Made by a program: the position numbers and the translations under genes. The notes below the pieces were generated by a model. The model was given only the letters and a program-made list of their open reading frames with translations, was not told the origin of the DNA and ran no database searches. A stretch of DNA of 64,000 bases, taken from NCBI RefSeq assembly GCF_009914755.1, contig NC_060944.1. One strand, written 5' to 3'. The stretch comes from the human T2T-CHM13v2.0 reference genome, Homo sapiens. Positions 1 through 11,163 of the stretch are shown here, in pieces. Within the stretch, counting starts at the first letter, position 1. Every line of letters begins with the position of its first letter.

Positions 1-276
1 CAAAGCACAGGAGCCAGTCACACGAACAGCCTGTCAGTATCAAGGTAAGCCTCCCCGTGGAGCTTTTTCTGGGGAACGGGAATTCCACTTCTGCTGAAAT
101 CTTGTTGACTTGCCCTGGGTAAATTTATAGAAAAATCACGGATGATGGGGATTTTGGTCTGTAGGCCGAGTATGCAGGCTGGGTGTGTAGAATGGATAGC
201 AGTGGTCGCAGGGATGAGGTTGAGAGGCAGAAGCAGGTGGGAAAGGAGGGTTTGATCTGCACTTGACTGACCTTCT

Positions 277-641
277 TGTCGTAGTCTGCTCAGGCTGCTA
301 AAACAAAATGCCATAGACTGAATGTCGTCTAAACGACAGAAATTTATTTCTTACAGTTCTGGAAGCTGGAAGTCCAAGGCCAAGGCACTGGCAGATTCAG
401 TGTCTGGTGAGGACCTGTTTCCTGGTTCATGGTTAGCGCCTTCTTACTCTGTCCTCACACTGAGGAAGGGGCAAGGGAGCCCTTTGGAGTCTCTTTTATA
501 GATTTAGTAATCCTATTCTTAATCATCTTCCCAAAGGTCTTACCTCCTAATCACCTTGCCAAAGGTCCTACCCCCTGCCTTGGGGGCTAGGAATTTAGCA
601 TGAGAATTTGGGGGGAACATATAAGCATGAAGACCATAGCA
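277..641 (-). mobile_element. MaLR solo LTR, MLT1A/MLT1A0-like
   Basis: TG...CA ends; reverse complement follows MLT1A consensus (tgctatggt...ccagaactgtaagaaataaatttctg...gactacgaca). Confidence 0.85.
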
Positions 642-892
642 CCCTTGCATCCATAGGACCATTGAGGTGGGAGGCTGCCCTTTGGACAATGTCTTTCCAC
701 ATTCCAGCAACACAGTTTCCCCACTGCCTGCTCCATTTTAACCACAAATACTAGGCCAATTTATTAAATTGAGTTATTTAATACTGAATTTAAAGGAAGG
801 AGAGTTGTAACGCAGCTGCACCTCCCCACTCTCAGCCATTTTTATCCAATTGCCCTGGTTTCATGCAGGACATTGGCCCCTTTGTGGAATCA

Positions 893-1240
<348 letters not shown>

Positions 1241-1433
1241 TTAAGGATGCCCAAGCAAAATTACTCAGTGCCTGGCTCTGCTTAGTGGTTCTCAGGAGGA
1301 CAGAATTCCTCAGTAATTCCCACTATAAATATAGAATTACTGTCCCATCAATGCCACAATTCGATGTGCTGTTTATTTAAAATTTTGCTTCCTCTGTCTC
1401 CTCATTCAGTCTCAAGAATCTTGCCTTTAGGTC

Positions 1434-1726
1434 CAGTGGTCCCTTGGTATCCACGGGGGATTGGTTCTAGGACACCCCCCCACCTCAGAATATCAGAATG
1501 CATGGGTCCTCAAGTCCCTGATATAAAATGGCATAGCATTTGCATATAACCTATGCACATCCTCCCATACACTTTAAATCATCTCTAGGTTGCTTATAAT
1601 ACCTAATACCTAATACAATGCCTATACATCACTTCATTTACGTGGATTCAATGTAGTACTTGAGACGTGGCAAATTTAAGTTTTGCTTTTTGGAACTTTG
1701 TGGAATTTTTTTTCCAATTATTTTTT
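1434..1726 (+). mobile_element. MER2B-like TcMar-Tigger MITE, 5' part (split by L1 insertion)
   Basis: Begins cagtggtcccttggtatccacgggggattggtt; internal cacttcatttacgtggattcaatgtagtact typical of MER2B; resumes at 4473. Confidence 0.85.
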
Positions 1727-1845
1727 AATGGAAAACTCTAGCATTTATTCATAAAATCTATAAATGGAAATCAAACCATTTTAATTAATTACTCTAGTCA
1801 AAATTACTTTTAATCAATAAACACTTTTTTTCTTTAAAGAAAAAA

Positions 1846-4078
1846 TTTAATTGTATTTTATATTAAGTTCTGGGATACAGGTGCAGGATATGCAGGTTTG
1901 TGCTTTGGTGATTTGCTGCACCTATCAACCCATCACCTAGGTATTAAGCCCCACATGCATTAGCTATTTATCCTGATGCTCTTTCTCCCCCTTCTCCCCA
2001 ACAGGCCCCAGTGTGTGTTGTTCCCTTCCCCGTTTCCATGTGTTCTCATTGTTCAGCTCCTACTTACATGTGGGAACATGCAGTGTTTGGTTTTCCGTGC
2101 TTGCATTAGTTTTCTGAGGATAATGGCTTCCAGCTCCATCCATATATATATATGCAAAGGACACTATCTCATTCCTTTTTATGGCTGCATAGTATTCCAT
2201 GGTGCATATGTACCACATTTTCTTTATCTAGCCTGTCATTGATTGGCATTTGGATTGATTCCATGTCTTTGCTATTGTGAATAGTGCTGCAATGAATATA
2301 TGCATGCATGTGTCTTTATTGTAGAATTACTTATATTCCTTTGGTTATATACCTAGTAATGGGATTGCTGGGTCAAATGGTATTTCTGTTTTTAGGTCTT
2401 TGAGGAATCGCCACACTGTCTTCCACAATGGTTGAACTAATTTACATTCCCACCAACAGTGTAAAAGTGTTTCTATTTCTCCACAGCCTTACCAGCATCT
2501 ATTTTAACAATAAATAGCTGTTGTTTCTTAACTTTTTAATAATTGCATTCTAACTGGCTCGAGATTGTATCTCACTGTGGTTTTTATTTGCATTTCTCTA
2601 ATGATCAGTGATATTGAGCTTTTGTTCATATGTTTGTTGGCCGTACAAATGTCTTCTTTTGAGAAGTGTCTGTTCGTGTCCCTTGCCCAATTTTTAATGG
2701 GGTTGTTTGTTTTTCTTCTTGTAAAATTTTTTAAGTTCCTTGTAGAATCTGGATATTAGAATCATTTCCTGAGACTTTGCTGATGTTGCTTGTCAGCTTA
2801 AGAAGCTTTTGGGCTGAGACCATGGGGTTTTCTAGATATGGGTTCATGTAATCTGCAAACAGAGACAGTTTGACTTCCTCTTCTCCTATTTGAATACCTT
2901 TTATTTCTTTCTCTTTGCCCTGGCCAGAACTTCCACTACTATGTTGAATAGGGGTGGTGAGATGGGGCATCCTTGCCTTGGGCCAGTTTTTAAGGGGAAT
3001 GCTTCCAGCTTTTGCCCATTCAGTATGATATTGGCTGTGGGTTTGTCATAAATGACTCTTATTATTTTAAGGTATGTTCCATCAATACCTAGTTTATTGA
3101 GAGTTTTTAACATGAAGGGATGTTGAATTTTATTGAAGGTCTTTTCTGTGTCTATTGAGATAATCATGTGGTTTCTGATTTTATTTCTGTTTATGTGATG
3201 AATTACATTTATTGACTTGCATATGTTGAACCAGCCTTGCATCAGGGATGAAGCTGAATTGATCGTGGTGGATAAACTCTTTGATGTGCTGCTGGATTCA
3301 GTTTGCCAGTATTTTATTGAGGATTTTTGCATAGATGTTCATCAGGGATATTGGCCTTAAGTTTTTTTTTTTGTTGTTGTTGTATCTCTGCCAGGTTTTG
3401 GTATCAAGATGATGCTGGCCTCATAGAATGAGTTAGAGAGAAGTCCCTCCTTCTCAATTGTTTGGAATAGTTTCAGAAGAAATGGTACCGGCTCCTCTTT
3501 GTACCTCTGGTAGAATTCAGCTATAAATCTGTCTGGTCCTGGGCTTTTTTTGGTTGGTAGGCTATTTATTACTGTCTCGATTTCAGAACTTGTTATTGGT
3601 CTATTCAGGGATTCAACTTATTCCCGGTTCAATCTTGGGATGGTGTATGTGTCCAACAGTTTATCCTTTTCTTCTAGATTTTCTAGTTTATTTGCATAGA
3701 GGTGTTTATAGTATTCTCTGACAGTTGTTTGTATTTCAGTGGGATCAGTGGTGATATCCCCATTATCATTTTTTATTGTGTCTATTTGATTCTTTTTTCT
3801 TTATTAGTCTAGCTAGTGGTCTTTTTTTTTTTTTTTTTTTTTTCAAAAAAAAATAGCTCCTGGATTCATGGATTTTTTGAAGGGTTTCTCATGTCTCTGT
3901 CTCCTTCAGTTCCACTGTGATCTTGGTTATTTCTTGTCTTCTGCTAGCTTTGGGGTTTGTTTGCTCTTGGTTCTCTAGTTCTTTTAGTTATGATGTTAGG
4001 GTGTTGATTTAAGATCTTTCTAGCTTTTCGATATGGTCATTTAGTGTTATATATTTCCCTCTTAACACTGCTTTAGCT
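1846..4078 (-). mobile_element. L1PA (about PA8-PA12) 3' portion: ORF2 remnant plus 3'UTR, with internal deletion at about 2760
   Basis: L1 3'UTR on minus strand; ORF2 RT-region peptides in ORF track ([18 protein letters not shown]; [19 protein letters not shown]). Confidence 0.95.
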
Positions 4079-4466
4079 AAGGAATCAATTCAACAAGAAG
4101 AGCTAACTGTCCTAAATACATATGCACCCAATACAGGAGCACCCAGATTCATAAAACCAGTTCTAAGAGATCTACAAAGAGACTTAGACTGCCACACAAT
4201 AATAGTGGGAAACTTTAATACCCCACTGTCAATATTAGGCCATTGAGACAGAAAATTAACAAGGATATTCAGGACTTGAACTCAGCTCTGGATCAAGTGG
4301 ACCTGATAGACATCTACAGAGCTTTCCACCTAAAAACAACAGATTATACATTCTTCTTGGAGCCACGTGGCACTTACTTTAAAATCAATCACATAATTAG
4401 AAGTAAAACACTTCTCAGCAAATGGAAGAGAACTGAAAACATAACAAAGAGTCTCTCAGACCATGG
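4079..4466 (+). mobile_element. Inverted 5' segment of the same L1 (ORF2 endonuclease region)
   Basis: Plus-strand EN-domain sequence (RQKINKDIQDLNSALDQVDLIDIYR...LSDH); abuts TSD copy at 4473-4489. Confidence 0.9.
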
Positions 4467-4472
4467 CTCAAA

Positions 4473-4544
4473 TTTTCCAAATATTTTTTATCCACAATTG
4501 GTTGAATTCACAGATACAGAACCCATGAATACAGGAGCCAGCTG
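4473..4544 (+). mobile_element. MER2B-like MITE, 3' end
   Basis: ttggttgaattcacagatacagaacccatgaatacaggagccagctg followed by TA, matching MER2 right TIR. Confidence 0.85.
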
Positions 4545-4559
4545 TATTTTCTTCTCCAG

Positions 4560-5140
4560 CATTTTATTATGAACATTTGGAAACATATAGAAAACTAGAA
4601 TGAATTTTATACTGAATGCATATAGACCCAGCACCTAGGTTCTATAGTTTACATTTTACTATACTGGCTATTATCACATGTTTATCCCTCTCCCCAACCC
4701 TGTGGCCATCCATCAATCCATGCTATTTTAGTAGACTTCAAAGTAATTTCAGAAGTCAACCCATTCCCTCTCACATGTGTTGTTAGATCATGTATATCAT
4801 TAGCTAAAGTTTATCACTTTTTACCCTTCTACTTTGGGTTACGTTTATACGCATGATGTGCACAAGTTTTGAGTTGCATCCATGAGTTCTGACATATAGT
4901 AAACCTTTGCCCCCTGCCTCTGTCAAGGTATAGGACATACCATCATCCCAGGAAGTTCTCTCTTGCCCCTTCTCAGGAACCCCAGCTCAGCATACCCCAT
5001 ACAACTACTTTTCTGATATCACCATAGATTAGTTTGTGCCTGTTCTAGAACTTTATGTGCATGAATCCTACAATATGTGCTTTTGGATGTAAGGCTTCAT
5101 AGCACTCTGTTTTTGAGATTCATCCATGTATTTGTGTGTA
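4560..5140 (-). mobile_element. Old L1M (L1MD/ME-like) 3' end fragments
   Basis: Degenerate L1M 3'UTR motifs (accatagattagtttgtgcctgttctagaacttt; ttttgagattcatccatgt). Confidence 0.65.
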
Positions 5141-6024
5141 GGCACATTCTGGACACATACACATCCTCATATACATACATGTAGATACACATCTATACAT
5201 ATTGATGACATATACACCATGACAGACTTTCCAGGTAAATGTTAATTTGTTGCATGTATTTCTCTTCAGGAAATGCCTTGTAGATTTTAGTCATTTTTCT
5301 TAGATACTTACTTAGGTAAACTTTTAAAGAGACTTTTGTGAAAAATGGAAACTTAGAGCTTTGGTTGACCACAGAAAGTAACTTAACAAGGGCCAGTTAT
5401 CCCTAATATCCCTCTCACTTCCTTCCAAAGCAGAACCATGAACTGGTCTCAAAAATCTTGTGCTAGGAAGGGAAGGGAAGAAGGAAGGGAGGAGGAGGTG
5501 TCCCTAGTCCTTGGGTCTTATAACCATTCACACCTTTCAGGTGCAGCACTGCACATTCAGCTATGACAGTAAGTGGGAGGAGAGAAGCTAAGAAGGTGGG
5601 GGAATGGTCTGATTTGCCGAGTAAACAGCCATGTTATTCTGTAGTGGAAGCTGCTTTCAGTGGCCAGCAGCCTCTTCATTACAGACACAGCATCAGAGAG
5701 AGAAAACAATTCCTTCTTCAAGTACCTTTATTGGGAAATGGATGCCTGGAATAGATGTAGGGATACAAGGCCCCCTGCATGAACACGGGAGTTGCATGTG
5801 TCAGGGTCTTTGGAAGGAATACGATCGTCATTTTTTCCAACAAACGCTGTCCCAGCAGAACACTTCATTGGTGTGGATCCTCATTTGTTTCTTTGTGATT
5901 CTTTTTTATGTGTTGGTTCCTGACACACAAGTTGATTTGGGGTGGATAACTTGAGATGCATAAATGACATGTACAGCAGTGGCACACCCTTGGTGATCAT
6001 TAATATGTTGCTCTGCCATCAAGT

Positions 6025-6640
6025 GCCTTGCTAAGTTCTTGTTCCCCAGAAGCAGATTCTAAGACAAGGATGTGGGTGTGTATAGTTTATTTAGGAGTTG
6101 ATCCCAGGAAACAACAGTAGAGGATGGGGAAGTGAGACCAGGAAGGAAAGATGAAGCTCAAAACAGGTCAAAAAAGAAAGAAAAAGAAAAAAAAATAGAA
6201 GGAACTGAAAAGAAAATTCTGCCTAAGTTCCTTCTGCAAGAAAATAGAAGCTTTACTCACAAAGATTCCCTTTGCCAGGCAGATCTTTTTATTTTGCAAA
6301 TCAATGAAATAGTTGGTATCATTCCCAGTTACCACTGTGAGCAACTCAGTTTAATCTGGCTGGGGTCCCCAGGATACAATGTAGAACACATACCTCAGAG
6401 TTCTCCCTTCAAGGGGTGAGGGAGCTGGGGTATTTATACACCACTTCCACCAGTCATGGGTTGGGGGCTGTTCCCAGAAGTGTCAATGCCTTGGCACGTC
6501 CAGCCTGCCCCTCACACAGGAAAAGCAGTCCCCATGGCCGAAGACAGCCTTCAGGTAAAAGACTGCAGGTGCTGGCAGTTGGAAGTTGGGCCATTGTGGG
6601 TGAGGGGAAAAAAGCCGGCACTGCCAGTCATTGCTAAGTT
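6025..6640 (-). mobile_element. ERVL solo LTR, LTR16 family, interrupted by insert 6152-6296
   Basis: ttccccagaagcagattctaagacaagga...gttaccactgtgagcaact...gagctggggtatttatacacc matches LTR16 reverse complement. Confidence 0.75.
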
Positions 6641-6734
6641 CCCGCATCCCCCCAACTACATGATTTCAATGTTGTTGAGTTGGGGTGGAAAGCTCATCTT
6701 GACCCAGAAGACCACATAATAGTTCTTCCCCTTC

Positions 6735-6750
6735 GTGTGTGTGTGTGTGT

Positions 6751-6786
<36 letters not shown>
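6735..6786. repeat. (TG)n microsatellite
   Basis: Direct observation. Confidence 0.98.
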
Positions 6787-6791
<5 letters not shown>

Positions 6792-7679
6792 TCTTGCTAA
6801 GTCCCGGCACTCAACCTCAGCCCATTATTTTTCACTGCCTCATAACATGTGTTTGTACAAGTGCTGACTGCTGGCAAGCCATCCTGCCACAGCAGTGGGC
6901 TCAGCTGAATGGGTGATCTGAGGAGGCATTTCAGACCTAGGTCTAGAATGAGAGGAAAAACATTTCTTCTTTCCTCATTCATCTTTTACTGCCTCCGTCC
7001 ATGTGTCAGACTTCTGGGGACTCCAGTGAAGCTCAAAACAGGTCAAATTTTTTTAAAAAAGAGAGCCAATAAGAAAATTTTGCCAAAACTCCTTGTACAA
7101 GAAAATAGAGGCTTTACTCACAAGGGTTCCCTTCACCTGGACTGATCTTTTTATTTTGTAATACAAAAGTAAAAGAGTTATTTCTAGAAGTGTTGCTGGG
7201 GCCTGGGGCCTGGAACTTATGTAAACGCAGAGAGGAGACTCCATTTGAGTCCTGAGTAGAAGTTAGGAGATATGGTATCAGCACAGAAGCACAGTCTGTT
7301 CTGGAGGCTTTGACCTGTGTGTTATTTTAGGGGCATACACTGGCTTTCCTGGCTTCAGAGTCAAAAGAAAATGGAACTATATCCACAGGCAACTGGTTAA
7401 TCCCTCACTGGGCTCTACCTTGTGTGAAATGGAATTTGTATTTCACACAAAATCTTTGAAAGTGACTCAATATGTTTAAAGCCAGGAACGCTGTGGCCCT
7501 GGCATTCAGGTCTTCCATGATTTCTTATTTCCAGAGCCTCCCAAATGTGGACACATCCAACTCAGTGATGCTCCTTAGCCCAAAGCCAGGCACAATGAGA
7601 GGTAATTCCTGCTCTGGGAAGTGATGTGTGGATTCCTCAAAGGCGATGGAGTACAGTTTCTAAAGGAAAGGTTGTACCT

Positions 7680-8154
7680 GTGGTCTTCTAAAACATGCTC
7701 ACAAGTGCTTTGATATTTCTCTTACATGAAGTGACTCTGATTCCCCTTTCCTTGAATATGGCTGGCCTCTGTGAGTCCCCTGTAACTGACAGATTATAGC
7801 AGAAGTCATTTGCCTTCAGAAGCTGGGTCATAAAAACAATACAGCTTCCACCCAGCTCTCTCCCTTTGAACCTGGCTGCCATGTTGGGAGGAAGCCCAGG
7901 CATCATGGATGACCCCAGCTGAGGTCCTAGCTGACAGGCAGCATCAACAACCAGAGGTGTGGGTGAAGACACTTCCTAGGTGACCCCATCCTCAGTCACC
8001 ACCTGACTGCAACCTCTTAAGAATTTCTGAGTGAGAACTACCTAACTGAGGCTAGTCACACACAGAACCAGGAGACGTAATGACAAGAAAAGAATGCTGC
8101 TGTTTTGTGCTGCCAGTGTGGTCTGGTTTGTTATGCAGCCACGGTGACTGATAC
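7680..8154 (+). mobile_element. MaLR solo LTR, MLT1G/H-like
   Basis: gctgccatgttgggaggaagccc...ctgactgcaacc...tttgttatgcagc...actgataca. Confidence 0.75.
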
Positions 8155-9949
8155 ACACATATGCTCATTGTCACACGGCTAAAGAACTTCCGGGGCTCAT
8201 AAAGGATCTTCACTGTCCATCACTCACTTCCTTCCTTCGGTGCGATGACTGACTGGCTTCTTGACTCTCAGGAAATCAGTGTCTGGGGAGAAGAGACAAG
8301 GAGGGGTGTCTCTCTCTCATTCCTGGAGTCTTCAGCTTGCTGCCAAGTTTTGTGACCTAGAGGCAGGCAGGAGGTTTCCAGCTGTTTCGCCCTCAACAGG
8401 TTGGAGATTGAGGGACTGTTCACTGTCTGGCTGCGAGAAGTGGGGGTGGCAGCTGCTGCCTTTCTTCCTCCAGATGAGATCACAGTGGTGGTGGCAGCTG
8501 CCGGGAACAGTTCTCCATGTTGTCCCCACGTGCTGTGCCTCTGGCCAACATAGCACACCTAACTTGCTTTTAGGTTGTGACCTCCACACCGAGCCTCTGA
8601 CCTTAGGAAGTAGTTGCAGGGTGCATGGCAATTGGAGCCAGTGTCTTTTCCAATGCTTCAGTTCCGTGGAAGGCAGGTCCCTCTATGCCCAATCACAGGC
8701 CTTTCCTCTCACTTTCTCCCCTGCACCTCTCCCTGTTCAGCTTAGGATTGGATCTGCTATTTCTTCATGGGCTCTTGGGGAGAAATGTGAAAATGCATGT
8801 GAAAGGACTTTGAAAATATCCAAAGATGTTGCAAAAATGGAAGCTACTGTTAAGGGATTAGTGAGCAATTAGTGGGACAGGCTGGAGCAGGACACCTATC
8901 CAGCTGTTTCAGCTCCTCTTAAGACCGTAAGTTAGTCATAAACTCTCAACACTCAGAGACTTTAAAAAAGCATGCAGCCCAGAAATCGATAGAATGCTTG
9001 GATTTCCTTTGTAGCATCACCACAGAGTGCTCTTCTACCACATCCTTGGTTATCCTCAGTGATGGGGAGCTCACTTACCACCTCCTTTTAGAGGTCTTTT
9101 ATTCCATGGGCAACTGGGATTATTAACATTGTCTTCCTTGTGGCAAGCCAAACTCATTTTCCTTTGAGTTATCTTGAATTCTATAAAGTAAGTCGTATTT
9201 CTTTTCCTCATGGCATACTTTTGAGGTCAGCTATTAAGTTCTTCCTTGTTCAGGCTTCTCTCTCTTCAGTTTTTTAGTCGCCCCCTTATGTGACATGGTT
9301 TGATGACCCCCCTCAGCATCTCCCTTCTAGTTACCTTCTGGGCCAAATGCTTATCTCCTCTTCAGCTCTTAAAAATCAGCCTCCTGTTATTATGTTTGAA
9401 CAGCTTGTGAAAAGATTGGACCTCACTCCGCCCATGTTTAGCTGTTGAATATAATTATTTCAGATGCAAACCCAGCATTCCTAAACTAGCACTTAAAGCC
9501 CTGCATTCTCTCAAGGGACAAAGTAAAGGAACCGGGCATTTGTTGAGTGCCTCCTTGGAGCCAGGGCTAGGCTAAGGGCTCTAGCTACAGAATCACCTTA
9601 ATTCTAGTAACATGCCCATGAGTCAGGCATTCCAGGAACACCCAGAAAGGGTAGGACATACAGGAGTTAAATCTCAGCTACACCTAAGTGCTCCTTCTAA
9701 CCACCTTCCTAAACTGAACTTCAGGGAAGACTCTCAAGCTGGTGGACTATATTTCCATAAGGAGTGGTCTTTGCCCTACATGTGCTAAGCCCTGTGTGGG
9801 CAGGGGCTGGGGCTGTTTTGCTCACTAGTAGATCGCCAAGCTGTAGAGAGTACTTGATACTATCTATAATGGTAATGGCATTAAATCTTAGGTGAATTAA
9901 TGAACAATTGATTGAATGAATCCATGTAACTTCTCTGTGACAAGTTTTT

Positions 9950-10440
9950 AGTATTTTATCTTGAAACAACAAAAATTAATACAGAAAACTGTAAAGGAAA
10001 ATATTACAAACTCCAGTGTATTTATTTGCCAAATTAATAAATGCTAACATTTTTATATTTGCTTCTAATCTTTTTCCATTTATAAGAAGTAAAACATTGC
10101 ACATCAAGTTGACATCCTTTTTATTTGCCTTGTCAGGTCTTCTACTCCAGAAGCAACCATCATCTTTATTTGGGGAGTGTCTGGCCTGTGCTTAATATTT
10201 TTGCCTCATATATAAGTATGCATAAGCACTAAATAATTGTATATGTTTTCAAATTTAAGCAAATGTTGTTTTACTATATTAATATTTGTGATGTTCATTC
10301 CACTCATGTATTTTTGAGATCTATGTGTATACTCTACTTCATTTAACTGCTGTCTAGTATTCCACCTTATCACTTGATTGCCATTTGCTTATTCATCCCC
10401 CAGTAATCAATATGTGGGTTGTTTTCAGTTCCCTGTTGTG
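9950..10440 (-). mobile_element. Old L1ME-like 3' fragment
   Basis: Degenerate L1M 3'UTR motifs (tttttgagatctat; ttcatttaactgctgtctagtattcca). Confidence 0.5.
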
Positions 10441-10567
10441 GGTAGTTAATATTATCGTCACCCTAAGTTTTCAAGCAAGGAAACTTAGAGTCATCAGTTA
10501 AATGACCCATTTAAGGTGTCAGTTTTAATAGGTTGTGGAACGTGATAATGAACTTAGTGGCCTTTGT

Positions 10568-11163
10568 TTTTTTTTTTTAACTTTTATTTTAGTTTCAGTG
10601 GTGCATGTGTGAGTTTGTTACATAAGTAAACTGCATGTCGTGGGGGTTTTGTGTATAGATTATTTCATCACCCAGGTAATAAGCATAGTACCCAATAGGT
10701 AGTTTTTCTGATTCTTCCTCTCCTCCCACTCTCCACCTCAAGTAGGCCCCAGTGTCTGTTGTTCCTTTTAGTATCCGTGTGTTCTCATTGTGTAACTCTC
10801 ACTCATAAGTGAGAATATGCAGTATTTGGTTTTCTGTCCCTGTGTTAGTTTGCTTTGGATAATGGCCTCCACCTCCATCCATGTTGCTGCAAAGGACATG
10901 CTCTCGTTCTTTTCTTATGGCTGCATGGTATTCCATAGTGTATATGTGCCACATTTTCTTTAACCAGTCTACCGTTGATGGGCATTTAGGTTGATTCCAT
11001 GTCCTTGCTATTGTGAATAGTGCTGCAATGAACATATGCGTGCCTGTATCTTTATGGTAGAATGATTTATGTTCCTTTGGGTGTATACTCAATAATGGGA
11101 TCGCTGGATCAAATGGTATTTCTGTTAATTTCTTTGAGGAATCACCATACTACTTTCCACCAA
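10568..11163 (-). mobile_element. L1PA15/16-like 5'-truncated 3' end
   Basis: T-tail then L1 3'UTR; ORF2 C-terminal peptide HMFIAALFTIARTWNQPKCPS. Confidence 0.9.

Noticed and set aside
1826-1845. 20-bp perfect palindrome ttttttctttaaagaaaaaa
   Set aside because: Low-complexity remnant of the old L1 tail; easily arises in A/T tracts
2731-4572. ORFs with RT- and endonuclease-like peptides (also 10799-11092, 13664-13867, 53073-53396)
   Set aside because: Frameshifted, truncated L1 ORF2 remnants; not a functional gene or a novel retroelement system
8261-8872. Longest ORF in the track (203 aa)
   Set aside because: TTG start, no recognisable domain, and overlapping ORFs on both strands; consistent with chance in GC-richer sequence
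9000-9250. Possible L3/CR1 fragment (cagtgatggggagctcact)
   Set aside because: Match too short to set boundaries or family with confidence
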